Part shown: positions 50,945 to 64,000 of the stretch, piece by piece
Position numbering within the stretch: the first letter of the stretch is position 1
How the letters are laid out: the number at the start of each line of letters is the position of its first letter
Origin: Geosiphon pyriformis uo1
Lineage: Eukaryota; Fungi; Glomeromycota
Reading direction: 5' to 3'
Length of the DNA: 64,000 bases
NCBI GenBank assembly: GCA_016748015.1
Contig: JAAOMT010000543.1
Coordinates: 310,001 to 374,000, forward strand
Notes under the pieces: model-generated
Told to the model about the DNA's origin: nothing
Seen by the model: the letters and a program-made list of their open reading frames with translations, nothing else
Database searches by the model: none
Translations under genes and position numbers: made by a program

Positions 50945-53900
50945 TTTTACTAACAAATTTAAATTTTATTTTTGTTATCTATGGTTTTCAATGTATTAAC
51001 TATTTGCAAGAGAATGAATTTTTCTTTTTATCATTTATTCAATTTTTTTTTCATGATTAAAATGTATGTTTAATAAATTTTTTTAAATTTAAATATTTGA
51101 ATATATTTTACAATATTTTAAAAAAGTTTTCAATATGAAAAATTGTATTTTCGTAGAATTCTTTAAAATTTATTTAATAAACTTGATTTTAAGTATTTTT
51201 TTCAAATTTTTGATGAAAACTGGGGTTTTTTTTAATAAATTATTTTTAGTTTATTTCATTATTAAAAATCCTAGTATATTAAATCAAGCTCAAAGTATTG
51301 TTCAGATTTATTAACAAAAACTATGTAAGTATTTTTTAAAAAATTTAAATTTATAAATTTATAAATAGAATTCAAATGTTTAAATGGAAAGTTAAATTTT
51401 TAATAGATATTCCTATTTCAGGTTTTTTCCCGTTCATCTTTGAATAATTCACTGAAAACAGATTATAAGCCTTTGAGCTGAAATCTCATAATTTCAAATA
51501 TGAATAATTTTGATTATATATTTTCTTAATATTCTCTAATTGAAAGATTGAAATATTTTACCCAAATACATATAATTTTGAAAGAAGTGAAAAATAATTC
51601 ATAAATAATAATAATAATATATATTGTTTCACCAAAATTGACAATTTTATTTTTACTTTTATGAAAATTAAAATATTTCACTAATTTACATTTCAAGTTA
51701 GAATGAATTCCTTGCAATTTAAAATAAATTACTAAAAAAATATCTTTCCCTAAACAGTTAGATTAAAATATAATGAAGGACGGTTTACTTTATGAAAATC
51801 AAAATTGTAACTTAATTCGTACTTTCTGGTATTTAAAAAAAATCTTTTATACAAAGTTTTCAACATATTTAAAACAAAAAAGACAATATTTAGTCAGTAG
51901 TTGTTAATTATTTTTAGCTTTTTATTGTTAGAAATTTTCGGAATAGTTTGAAATCTTTCTTATTCAATTGTAACTTAAATTTTTTTCACCAAGAAAAACC
52001 ACCACCTTTTACAGAAAAATTGTGTTCAATAATTTACAGAGTATTGTACATCTGTACTCACTCAACGTTATATAGCATGCGTATTAAATAAATATTTATA
52101 ATTAGTTTGATTATAATTTTTTAATTATCTTCAATGTATAAAAGAGAAATGATAAAAACCATTAGATAATGATCTTGCTAATAAAAATTTCTAAAATGCG
52201 TGAAATGTTGACTATTGCTCGATTTCAAACCCATCACTTTTTCGATTTATTTTGATCAAAATACTTTTGAATAAAGGCTGAAGACACAGTTAAAATTAAA
52301 TTTTCTTTTCCCATATCATAGACGATTGCAGGATTTGACCAATTCAAAGTACAAATAATTTGTTACGTTAAAGTTAAGACTCGATCGTCATTTCATGATT
52401 TCTCAAGATAATTGATTGGATTTTCAAAATAAAAATAAAAATAAAAAAAAATAAAAGAAAAATAATGCCCGTTAAATTTTTAATTTAACCAGTTTAATAT
52501 CAAGATCTCATGTAAAACAGAAAACATTTGAGCATATAATATTCACAAATTTACCATGGTGAATGTGAAATTATTTTGAACGAATTGAAATTCATAAAAT
52601 TTTTTAGTATATTTTTACTGTAAATTGATACTTTTTGTGTGGTTATTAAAATAATCGAGGTACTGGTAAAAAGTGAATACTCAAAAGAATTTTCTTCAAA
52701 AACTTTTTAATAAAATTATCTAAATTTTATTATTTTATATCGTTCTTTACCCATTTTATCTCACTATTGAGGAAACAAGATGATATCTTAACTTTATTCG
52801 AAACGAAATAAAAAATTTAAAGATTATAAATCATAAATATAAATTTAATAATATTAATTAATGTTTTAAACGTATAAAAAACTGAAATAAATATAATTGG
52901 ATACTAAATTTTTTAATCCAAGCTTTAATTAAATGCATTAACTGCCTATAAAAGGAAGTTTTTTTCCATATTTTTTAATAATAAAAATCAAATAAATATT
53001 TTGCTGTTCAACATTAAAAAAAAAGTAAACGTAAATTGAATATGCAACTATACTGTTTTCCTATTAAATTAAAAATATTAAAGTAACCATTCTTCTAAGA
53101 ATTAAAAAAATTAAAAGGTTTTCCTTCATGAGGCTAGAAATTTGATATTAACTTTTTTTTCTCTTTTATAATATAATCATTAGCCATTAATAAACTTTAT
53201 TAATACTGTACGAGCTTAATGATCAATTTCAAAAGTTTTTTTTAAAAAAAATATAAAGAAAGCACAAATAATCGATCAAGAACTTTAATTCATTAATTCT
53301 AACCATAAATTTCAGGAATTGCTAAATTTTTTGTCATTTATTTCTTATATATAAAGTACGCAGTCATAAAAGATCAAAAACTTAAAAAGGGAGTAATTTC
53401 TGTCTGGTATTATTTTATTAATTTTTAATTGGTTTATTTAGCCATAAACTTACCTGAAAAAAGTATCTAAACAATTAGTATATATATATATATATATTTA
53501 TTTATTTTTATTTTCAAATGATTATAACTAATAAAATTTATGTAAATATAAATTTTACTTAATATGTTTATTAAATTTATTTTTAATCAAAAAGCCAAGA
53601 CTTGAGAATTTTTTTTTTTTATGGCTTTTATTAAAACAAAGACTTTATTTAAACAAAATAAAAAATATTTATCTAAAAATTTAACTATAATCAATTCATA
53701 TTTTATATAAACTTTTAAAATTTTTAATTAAATATATCATATAATTAAAAACAAATTAAAAATACAATAAATAAAATAATAAAATTAGTTAAACAATTAA
53801 ATTAATATTAAATTAAAAAATTAAATATTTTATAAATTTTTTGAATATTTAAATTCTTTTAACCATTTTTTAATTATTAAATGTTTACCATTTTATCTTA

Positions 53901-54301
53901 AAATTTTTCATGTATAAAAATTAATTTTGTTAATCTTTTATATTAACTATAAATTAATATATAATATTTATAATAAATTGAATGTTTAGACGTAATAAAA
54001 ATATATATATATATATATTTTTTAATTATTAAAATAAAAAACTATTATACTTTTTGATTTTAGTTCAATTATCCATATATATATAAAATAATTTATATTA
54101 CAAATCAATATTTTCAAATTAATATTTTAACAAATGATTTAAAAATATTGCTATAAATATGTGAACCTCGGTAATTATTCGGATATATATTTAAATGATT
54201 TAATACAAAAAAAAAAAAAAAGTAATTCTTTGTTGCATAAAAGAAGAGGTTCTTACCAATAAGATTTTTTAAATTTTTTTGTAACCCTTTTTTAGACTAT
54301 C

Positions 54302-54336
<35 letters not shown>

Positions 54337-55284
54337 TTTCCTCTCTTTTTAAAAAAATAATGAAAAAAAAAATTTTATTTAGATTGCTCTGGATTATTGC
54401 TCATACGCTAAGTACAAAATTTAGATTAATAAAAAATTAAATTTTCAGAATAAACTTCAAACTTGCAGTAAAATGTGAAAAATAATAATTGAATGTTACA
54501 GCTCTTAATTCCTATTGGTGTTATTCTCATCCTTATCCGGTTGAAATTCTTGTTGATTTATTAAAAATAAGGGAAACAAGGTATGCACACTTTAACTGTT
54601 GAAACTTAATTTCCCTGAATACCTCTTTAATACCGATCAATATGTAATATGAAATTTTAATAATAAAAAGTTATTTATAGTTTATGTAAAAATAAATATT
54701 TTTATATTTATATCGATACATATTTTTTATTGTCGGTAAAAAGATGACACAAGCATTAAAGGTATTATTGTTCTAACAATATTTGGCTGAAAATTTTTAG
54801 ACCTTTTCACCGCTAACAAAATCATAACAGCCTAATCTTGTTTAAATAATTTCTTAGAAATTGAAAAACTACCATGACAACTTGAAGGATTTCAATGTAA
54901 ATTTTTGAATTTTTGAATTTAAAAAGTTTTTGATTTTGAAAACGAATATTATTTTCAAAAAAAGATAAATAAACTTTTGTATCTCTTTTACCACGTCTTG
55001 GTTTCCTAAACTTTTTTTGACTTGACCCTTTCCAGATTAATTTTTTATTAAATTAAAAATTTATTAATCAATTTTGGATATTTGGTGAATATTTTTATTA
55101 TATACAATAATTGCGCATGTTAAAGAAAGAATGATATAAGGAAAACTTTTCTATAATTAAAGATATTTTTTAAGAAAAGCTTATTTATGTAAAGATAAGT
55201 TTCCTTTATTAAAATTTGTCAGAAATGTTGTCGCATAGTGAAAATAAATAACTTAAATTCTCCGATAATGAAAACCGGAATAAG

Positions 55285-57454
55285 TTAACTCGGCCATCCA
55301 TTAACCTCAAATCCTGTAGTTTTCAAAGAAAACTGAAAGGTTGCGTTCTTCGCAAAATATAGTTTAATTTGGACTTTTGCACAAGTGGGTGGAAAAGTCA
55401 AATAATTTTCCCAGTTAGGGCTCTTTGAAGGGGTACCATGCACCTGAAATGAGTAAAGATTTGTGATTAAATTGTTCTTAGAAATTGAAAAGTGAAGGGA
55501 TTTTTAAGGCTGCTCACAAATAAAAATTCCCCTTGATGACTCTGATCCACCACGTATGTATCTCCACCCTTAGCCGATCTCATCATTGTTTCAAAATAAA
55601 TTCGATTTTCATCAAATTTATCTTGCTGAACGTCAACCACGGCACTCTGTTGAAGGTAAATTAATGATTTCAAAATCTATTGGGAAAACAATAATTCTGA
55701 AAGCGAAATAAAAAAAATTACAATAAATTTCCCAACTGTAGCAAATTTCCATGGAGTGGATCCTATAGTGTCGTTTATATAATGTGTTTCAACATGACTT
55801 GGATCTTCGTTTAGTGAAAGGTCGATGCATTTTTGTCGATTTATAAATCCAACAATCTGGGAATAAAGAAATTTTAGACAAAATTTTCTTATTGCTAAAA
55901 CAAAACTTTTGAAGTATCAAATGTACTCACAACCACTATGATAACAGATAAGATGAATGCGATTACAAGGAAACATCCCATTTTCAAAAGAATATCCACA
56001 AACTTATTTCTGCCGCCATCTAATAGTCATGAAAATTAGAAATCTCTGAAAATTCGATTCCTGTCTATCATAATAACCTTATTTATTTTTTTTGATTGAA
56101 GAAAAATTACTTTTTTCAGAGTCAGAATCCGACGATATATAATCTACTGATAGGGGTGATTGAAAGGCGGGCCGAGAAACATCCCCTAAATCATCAAAAG
56201 AGAATTGATTGAATTTCAAAGTTTTGAATGATGTGAGTTTTGAAATTTTTCTATACCTCTTTTTGGGAAATGATGATTTTCAGTTCGTTTTGATGATGTT
56301 GGAACCGGTTGTAGAGGAGCTTTTGAAGTGAGAAGAAATAAAGAATTAGATGGTTAAATATTTTGAGAATATTATGTCTTTAAATATTTTATTGCAACAT
56401 ACCAGTTTCTGGAGACGATAACCCTGAAATAGTAGAAATGTTGGGAGAGTGAGATAATACAGGTGGGGGCATTGGTCCAAGTAATTCCCTCGGAGACTCC
56501 TCGATTGAGGTTCGGGGATTTATCTTCCCGTAAGGTTGTTCCACGGCAGAAGGACTAAATCGATTTGTTGTTCTTATATTGTTGGGTGAATAGCCTGGCT
56601 GTGGTGAATAGGATGGCATATAATGAGGTCTATAAACTACTTCGTTGTTAGTTAAATAGGGTGATTCAATTATTTCCCTCAATTCTTGTGAATAACTTCG
56701 GGGTTCTGCAGGTTGAAATGCATAAGAATCTGGTGTTCGTGACCCAAGATTTTGATATGAAGTCTTATTTTCTAGAAAAAGTCAATATTTTAGTATCTTT
56801 TGAAGTTACCATCTTTAAAAACTCTAAAAACATTGTGAAAATACCTTGCATTGAGCCTTCGTTTCGATCGTTTGGTTCCCATCGCACCTTATAATTTTTT
56901 GACCCCTTATAAGGCTGGTCAGCTGTACAAGTCATTCATTAAATTTATAATGAAATTAGGTTATAATCCTGACATTAGAAAATAAAAATGGGACTAAAGA
57001 ATTGACCTGAATACGAAGGAACTACATTTGATTCAGCTTGCTGAAATGGAGGTGTAAATGAAGAGTTTTTTGCTGCGTTATTGGAATATTTTCTTGGATA
57101 GGCTGTTGATTGTTCTATCGATAAAGTGATAATCCAAGTTCATTGAATTTTCTATTCAGAATAAAAAAAAATTGCTAAAATCCAAGGAAAAATTAATTAC
57201 CTGTTATATTTTGAGCTACATCTGATGAATTACTTTTTGTTGGAGGCCGGTAAAAGTTTGCAGCGCTAATTGGCATGTTATTTGAATACCATTGCTGATT
57301 GTATCCTCTAGCTATTGAAAAAGAATTTCCAAAAATTAGCATCAAAGGCTCAATTTCGTAGCTATGAATCTTAGATAAGTTTAAGAGTCAAGAGTCAAAG
57401 GAAACTCCCATAATAATTGCCTTGACTCTCCGAATTCTCATTACGATGTGACAT
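55285..57454 (-). CDS. 11-exon single-pass (type II) membrane protein of unknown function
   Basis: Hand-spliced frame: MSHRNENSE...; Pro/Ser/Tyr-rich disordered N-terminus (includes track ORF 56389-56682); TM segment MGCFLVIAFILSVIIVVIVGFI; C-terminal domain with NDT and NAT sequons (includes track ORF 55467-55673), ending ...TTGFEVNGWPS*. The first donor is ambiguous (GC at 57420 vs GT at 57426). Confidence 0.8.
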
Positions 57455-58111
57455 TTTGCTTTTTGACCGTTTGTTTTTTTATTTTCAAAGAGATGTGTTT
57501 TTTTTTTAGTTATATAAGTTTCTTCAAATCATGGCTACTCATATATTCATACAAAAAGCAAAGGAACCTCTACAACAAGGAATTCTCCCTTAATTGATTA
57601 TGTACCAAAAAAAAGCACACAAAACCAAAATAGTAATACTAGTCATTTGAAAATTTGTATGACCATTTCGAATGAGCCTCAAAAAGCTAATGTTCTACCA
57701 TACATTAATATTTAAAAATTAAAGTGGTCTTAGATAGGGTGTACTGCAAATTAATCAATGATAATATTTTAAGACAGATACAGTGCTACAAAACGTAATA
57801 CACTGTACAATCATGCGGTATTCTCGCGTTACGTCACTAAGTGGTTGAAACTAGTTCGATCGATCAGCTGTTCACTTTATCATTAAAAATATACATTTTT
57901 CTGGTCTTATAGAGTCTCGAAACTAAAATGTCAAAATTATTTAATGATAAATTTAATCTTAAAATTATTTATAGGCCCTATTTTGCTAAATTTATGATTT
58001 AATTTATTTTTGAATAAATGGAGAATTATTGCAAGAAGAATAGCATTGGTAAGTAAGATGGATCACATTCAAATTTTGCGTTACCAAGAAATTTTTCTTT
58101 GACTGCGTAAA

Positions 58112-58725
58112 TTATAGTAAAGCTAGATATCCAAACTTTGTACTCCTTAAATTCTTATCAGAATCACATGCGAATTTTACTCTGATTCTGCGGGTATTTT
58201 TTCTGTCAAATTCTTTAGTGATTTTTCTTTGAATTTTTTTGCACGAGATTTTTGATTTTTCTTCAAGTGATTGCTTAACAAGAGTAGCATTACCCCATGA
58301 GTCCACATTTTCTTGAGGTTTGAGAGCTGTATCTGATAACAAAATGTTTTCGGGAATTGGTAAAGTTGTGTGTTTTGGCAATATTCTTGATGAAGATAGA
58401 GATTGATCTGATTGGAGTGTTTTCTTTGTTTCCCCATCCGAGTTGAAAATCACAGCTAAAGCAGGATCAGAAAAATTTTCGAACAACATGGTACATGTTG
58501 TGATTAAAGGATAACTCCAAGGTGTTGTGTGTAAACTATAATAAGGAAAGTTTGGATTGTCATTTTCCTTCACGTCCTCTCTTAGACAATTCCTCGAGCA
58601 ATAAAGGCTTCCCTGAAAGTTAAAAATTTAACTTTGTATTTATTTCTCTCAAATTTTTGACTAAATTATCTGGGGCGTACCTGGTAAGTTTGTTTCGAAC
58701 AATAAAGACACCAGTTTAAATCCAT
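58112..58725 (-). CDS. Ecl1/2/3-family zinc-binding protein (2 exons: 58725-58681, 58612-58112)
   Basis: The spliced N-terminus MDLNWCLYCSKQTYQ|GSLYCSRNCLRED matches the Ecl1 CxxC...LYCSxxC...D motif; GTACGC...TTTCAG intron; continues into track ORF 58112-58573. Confidence 0.85.
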
Positions 58726-59305
58726 GACTCAAAAGATTAATATAGCTTAAACCACAAATATTTAAAAGATAGAAAAATTTAGGAAAGTTATTTCTCGAGA
58801 TTTCAGCTATAAAGGAAAAAAGAAAGAATTTTTCGGTCTTGGAGAATTTAATGAGAAACCAGAGCTACGGAAACGGCATATGCGCGTAGTATATATATAA
58901 TAGTCTGAAGGTAAATTGCGCCAAAATTTCGTCATTGATTCAAATAAATAATATTTAAAAGAATTGTAATTTGATCAATAATCACCGAAGAAATCATATT
59001 TGGTGCAAATTAATACATTGTTGAATAAAATAATGGGGATTTAAAAATCAGATTTATTAAATAAATAATCGTGAATATATAGATATAGCCTTTATATTGA
59101 ATATTATTATTAATGAAATATAGATTTTACGCTATTAATAAACTAGTATTGACATGTTTAATTTAAAATGCATCGGGATATGATCGTTGATTAGAGAGAA
59201 TATTTTTGGAAATCAAAAGAAAAAAATGGTCAACTGGTTTTAGGTCAAAAAAATCGTAGAAATTTTCAAGCTCTGAAATTTTTTTTTGGTTAGATAGTTA
59301 GTTAG

Positions 59306-59336
<31 letters not shown>

Positions 59337-59770
59337 CCCAATGAAGGTTTAAATCGTGTATTCACTAAAACGTTAAAGCCAAGATATTCAACAAAACTTT
59401 GCCTTCGAATAATAGTGTCATTATTATTCTCACAATCCAAAAAAAATTTCGAATATTCCGTGAGAATAGAGTGTAATCGATTATAATCAATAAAAATACA
59501 TTAAACCGAATTAATCTCCGAGCAATATTACTCATAAATTTATGAATTCTCAATTGTATTGGATGGTAAAATCAAATTCAAGTATTTTGACTCGATAATT
59601 CCAAATTTTTTTTGATCTTAAATTCAAGCGTTCTTTTTGATTTTACTATTCTTTTAAAGACTTTGAAAATTTATAATAAACACTTATCATAAAGCTACGA
59701 AAATAAGCAACCCCTCCTTCAGGTTCAAGTCTTATGAAAAAATTGAATAAGCAACCTCTTTTAATTATTA

Positions 59771-59859
59771 CCGTAAAGTCTCGAAAAAAAGCAACCCCTC
59801 AAAACTCGGTCCAAAATAAAAGACGCAAGAGGTTTGCTTATTTTCGGGGACTTTTACGG
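59771..59859. mobile_element. 89-bp Tc1/mariner-pogo-type MITE or relic with TA target-site duplication
   Basis: TA|CCGTAAAGTCTCGAAAAAAAGCAACCCCTC ... GAGGTTTGCTTATTTTCGGGGACTTTTACGG|TA: ~30-bp imperfect TIRs. Partial TIR copies lie at ~59691-59717 and ~59746-59759. Confidence 0.75.
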
Positions 59860-61309
59860 TATTCCGAAATTAAAAAAATATATATCGATTAATTATTTAA
59901 TATTAATTTTATTAATATTAAGATCAGTCATACAGTCAATCAATTAGCTAAAGGTCTATTCTTTTTATTAAATGTATTATTATTTTTTATTAAAATGATT
60001 AATTTTTTGATTTCGATCCGTAGTAATTTATGTAGCCACTCAATCAAAAAGTCGGAGACTTGGCATTTGCTAAATTTCTTATCTACAGGAAATATTTAAT
60101 TCAATTTTTTGAATTAAGTCAAGTTAAATATTTGTCGATCAAAAATAAAAGCTTAAAATTCATCGAAATTGTCTATTATGAATTTTTTGATTGATTCTTC
60201 GAAAAAATCACATTAGCGCACTCTGTTGTCATCAGCTTAGATTTATTATCATCATAATGAGCCTTCAGTCAATCTTTCCCTATTTAGAAACAGATTTCCA
60301 AAATATTACACTTTAGTCTGTCATTTCTTTTTACGAAATCTGTCATTGCGAATTTAGTGCCGTGTGACTCAAGACAGTTGAAAACTTATAAAACTCTGAC
60401 TATGCTCCATTACCAACTATATCTAACACAAGAAAAGTAAAATCATTTTTAAATTTATCATTCTAATTCAAAATTTTTTGATAATTCCAAAATTCAACAT
60501 GGGCAATTTCACAGCATCTTTGAAAAGATTTGCAAAGGTATGAAATTCTACTTTACAATTATGAATTTCAAAATTCAAAATTCAAAATTTATTAAGACAT
60601 ATTTTTATTTTTACCCTCTTTGGAATATTTCTCTTCTTTAAAAGTTATACTTTTTGAGAAACCTTTTGCACAGAGCCACAAGACGTCATACGCGAACCCA
60701 TGGAAGAACACATGGAAGAAGGCATGCCAGACCTTCGGCCGGAATTAACATTCACGCCGGTCTTTAATAAAACACCAAGCAAGCAAGCAAGCAAATACCT
60801 GCTAAATTTCCAAACCACAAAGGAAAACTGTCATTAAAAGTGATATATTTATTTTGAAATATTTTTTTGCATAGCTCATAATTTTTTTTAGGGACAATGT
60901 TGATAAATATATATAATCAGATGTAAATTAAGACACAAATGTATATTCTTACAAGATTTTTTTGGTTTTTAATTTTTTCGAGGTTTTTTTTCTCAAAAAG
61001 TTAGCAAAAGTCTTATATTTCTTTAGCTTGCTCTTCGGACCAAAAATTTCCAGAAAACTCGATCTCTAAAAAAAATGAAAGTGAAAGACGAATACACTCC
61101 ATTTTGTTACATAAATTAATTATCAAGATATGAAAAGAGAAATTACTATTTTCCAAACTTATATTTTCAAGATATCAACTTTTGATAACCGATAAAATAC
61201 TTGGATTAATAAAATGAGATAAATAGTGTTAAAAGTTCAAGAGATGAATTTTTTTTTGGTGATTTCATTAATTAAATTTTCGAAATAATATGTTTAAACT
61301 ATTCATAAA

Positions 61310-61765
61310 CTATTCAAATTGTTGGAATAGTTGCTCCCCAAAAGTACCATTATGTGTTTGATATGAAGAATTAGAAAGGGATAGCTTGGGGATTTCGATT
61401 GGAGCTGCGGTTGTAAAGACATTAAAGTTCTTCTTTGCATAAATACTTTCTTGATCTGAATTAACTTGGTATACCAGAGGACCACAAATATTCGGGGAGA
61501 AAGTAGTTGATTCGTCAGATGATGTGGGTGATGAAGGTATTGGCTTAGGATTTCTTCCAATGTTTGTAAATTTTGACCACCATTTGTCGTAATCGTTTGA
61601 AGTATGAACTGATTTACGTTGTTCTTTAACAGAAACTTTCAAAGTAATGGAATAGCATTGACTGAAATCCGAAATTTCGGCTTGTTGACGACAAAAGTAG
61701 CAAAAAATTGTGTCATCATTTTGAACGTATCTGCCGCAGCTACGAATACACCAATCACAATCCAT
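61310..61765 (-). CDS. Ecl1-like zinc-motif protein, divergent, 151 aa
   Basis: MDCDWCIRSCGRYVQNDDTIFCYFC; C-terminal PIEIP...NGTFGEQLFQ shared with 9082-9609. Confidence 0.75.
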   Translation of the reverse strand: MDCDWCIRSCGRYVQNDDTIFCYFCRQQAEISDFSQCYSITLKVSVKEQRKSVHTSNDYDKWWSKFTNIGRNPKPIPSSPTSSDESTTFSPNICGPLVYQVNSDQESIYAKKNFNVFTTAAPIEIPKLSLSNSSYQTHNGTFGEQLFQQFE

Positions 61766-64000
61766 TTTTTTTTAGGATTAGGTAATTTTTCAATCTGTGA
61801 ATTAGGGAAAAAAAGAAAGAAAGAAAGACAAGGGGAACAAATGATTTTTAATTTAAGGATGCATTAATATTGAAATCCCGGATTCTGGAATCTGGATATT
61901 TATATTTAAAAATCCCAGGGTTACGAGAATTTTTTTAAAATTTTCGTAAAAAGCTAGTCAAAGAGAATAAAGTAAAAGAAGGTGGTGCAACTTTGGGGGC
62001 TTGGTTTTTTTTTTTTAAAGTTTATTAATCCACCTTATCTTTATCTTGTTATGTAACATATTTTTCAAAAATTCAAAAGATAATCTGCTGACAATCATGA
62101 AGATTTTTAAATTGTGGGTTTGTGACCAAAAGCATTGTTTTTATAAAACCACATTTTCGGTAATCTGCTTATTGATTAAAGCTAAAAGTCAAATTTCATA
62201 AATAAAAATTTTCTTCAAAGATTTGGAGACTTAACTTTGTTTCAGGTTATCTTTTGAAACTTTGTCGAACTTAAAAATATTTTAATAGTTTACAATTAAT
62301 TTTAATTATTTTTGGAGAATTTTTTCTATGTATCTTGCTTACAGCTATTTTTGATCTATAAGCTAATATATATAAATTTGATGTAGTTCCAGACTACCAA
62401 TTTCACAATATATTAAGGAACGGGCATTTTATGCTATTGAAAAAATGATCTAAACTCATTAAACTCGGGGTAAAAATGTATTAACCATTATTAAGTATCA
62501 ACCCCACACGTTAACTGGTTTATACCTTTTTTTTTTCTTTGAAACTTATTTTTTGTAAGGAGGAATGAAAGAAAGTTTATAATCTAACAACCTTGATTAT
62601 TTTTTTATCTACTTCTCGAATCAAACTTTGATGCACATTACGTCAAAAATGCATGATAAAAAAAAAATATTTCTTTAAATCTCTGAATGAAGAAATTCAG
62701 CTTGGAAAATAGCAAAGTTGTTTCATATTGTCGAATAAAAAATTTTTTAATAAACGATTAAGCCACTTATTTCTGTTGTGTGATTAAGTTTCTTTTTTGT
62801 ATTGAAAATGGATAGAGCTGAAAACGCCTACCACCCAGAATCCTGTTAGATGTGAATCATTTGAAACCTTTGAGAGAGTGACTTGTAACTTACAATGTTT
62901 TCCTTTGGTTTGATTGCTATTATATAATCAAAATTAATGTGTGACAATGAAAATTTCATACAAACTTACCTGTGTAAATCTTTTCAATTCAAAACCATTG
63001 AAGTGTTTCAGGGTCACAATAAATGGTTGTAAGCAGCATCTGAATCAAGACCTGAACCCGATTTTTTGGAATATGCAGTATGCATTTCGTTTCAAAACCA
63101 AGGAGCCAGCAGATATTTTGAATTCGATTCTTGTTCCAAGATTAACTTTATTTTTGAAGTAAGATTACCTTTCTCGATCAACACTACTGTCAGCTTTTTG
63201 AGCGAACAGGATTTTTAACAGGAAAAGTAAGTATCACTTGAGGCCTATTAGACTCGACCTTTACACGAGATTGTTTGTATTGTCAATAAACAAACTTTTA
63301 TAAATATTGTTTTCAGGTTCAAAAATTTTGATTTCGTTAAAGGTGCGACCGCCAGTCGGAAAAATAAAATTTTACTTTGAACCGAAGAAGTTTTAAATCT
63401 TAACAAACGCCAAAAATATTTTATAGAATGGGGTTTTTTTTTCAATCAATTCATATTTTTCACGAAAATTAAACACTAAACTATTATAGGAAGTTTTCAA
63501 GCTTATCCCCCAATACAATATGGGTTCCTTGAAATGAAATTTTTTTCGAGTGACATAAAATAAAAGCTTAAACTCTATAAACCTGATGAAGAATCGATTT
63601 TGAATAATTTTCTTTTTTTAATTCATTGTAAAAAATATCGACCATTTTAATTGAAAAATAATAGGCCTTAAGATCCTAAAGGTAAAAAAAGGATTAACCA
63701 ATAATTAAAATTGTCTTAAAAGTAAATCAGTTTCTGTCGAATATTTGATTTCATTATAAATAAATCTTCGAATAATCACGTGTAGCTTCGGCAAAAATTA
63801 AATTGCTAGTATATATATAAATTTATTTTTAAACAAAAATTACTAATTTTATCAATAAATTTAAATATTGGGAAATTCAGAGTTTTGATATATTTGTTTT
63901 CCGATATAGTTTTTACGCCCGAAATCTAAATCATGACACATAGGTGTGTAATTCATTCGGAGCCTAAATAACCTAAATTCGATTCAAAATCTACAATTTA

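Noticed and set aside
57779-57809. TACAGTG...CACTGTA mini inverted repeat (mariner-like ends)
   Set aside because: Only 7-bp arms; insufficient to call an element.
57829-62645. CRE-like TTACGTCA sites at ~57829 and ~62638
   Set aside because: An 8-mer match without conservation or binding data is not enough to call regulation.

Overview
Very AT-rich, intron-containing eukaryotic DNA from a draft assembly with three N gaps. The gene content (intronless F-box/LRR genes with VNRxWC...F-x-YASFL motifs, a class-3 lipase, a pepsin, Ecl1-type zinc proteins) points to an early-diverging fungus. Glomeromycotina, possibly Geosiphon/Archaeosporales-like, is my best inference and is not verified. Splicing by hand supports 11 protein genes: three Ecl1-like zinc-motif genes, a small basic MGKSAKFYKR protein, two F-box/LRR proteins, a class-3 lipase homologue whose nucleophile Ser is replaced by Gly (GHGEGG), a secreted A1 aspartic protease, two paralogues sharing an unrecognised ~80-aa C-terminal domain, and an 11-exon type II membrane protein. 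Non-coding features are long microsatellites, kb-scale extremely AT-rich probable TE relics, an 89-bp TA-flanked pogo/mariner-type MITE, and an ~0.7-0.8 kb inverted duplication (38.9-39.6 kb vs 47.2-48.1 kb) in which two internal modules are flipped, one bounded by a perfect 15-bp inverted repeat. I found no tRNA, rRNA or CRISPR array. No single multi-gene novel system is demonstrated. The best leads are the unknown-domain paralogues, the pseudo-lipase, the diversified Ecl1 trio and the possibly invertible repeat module.
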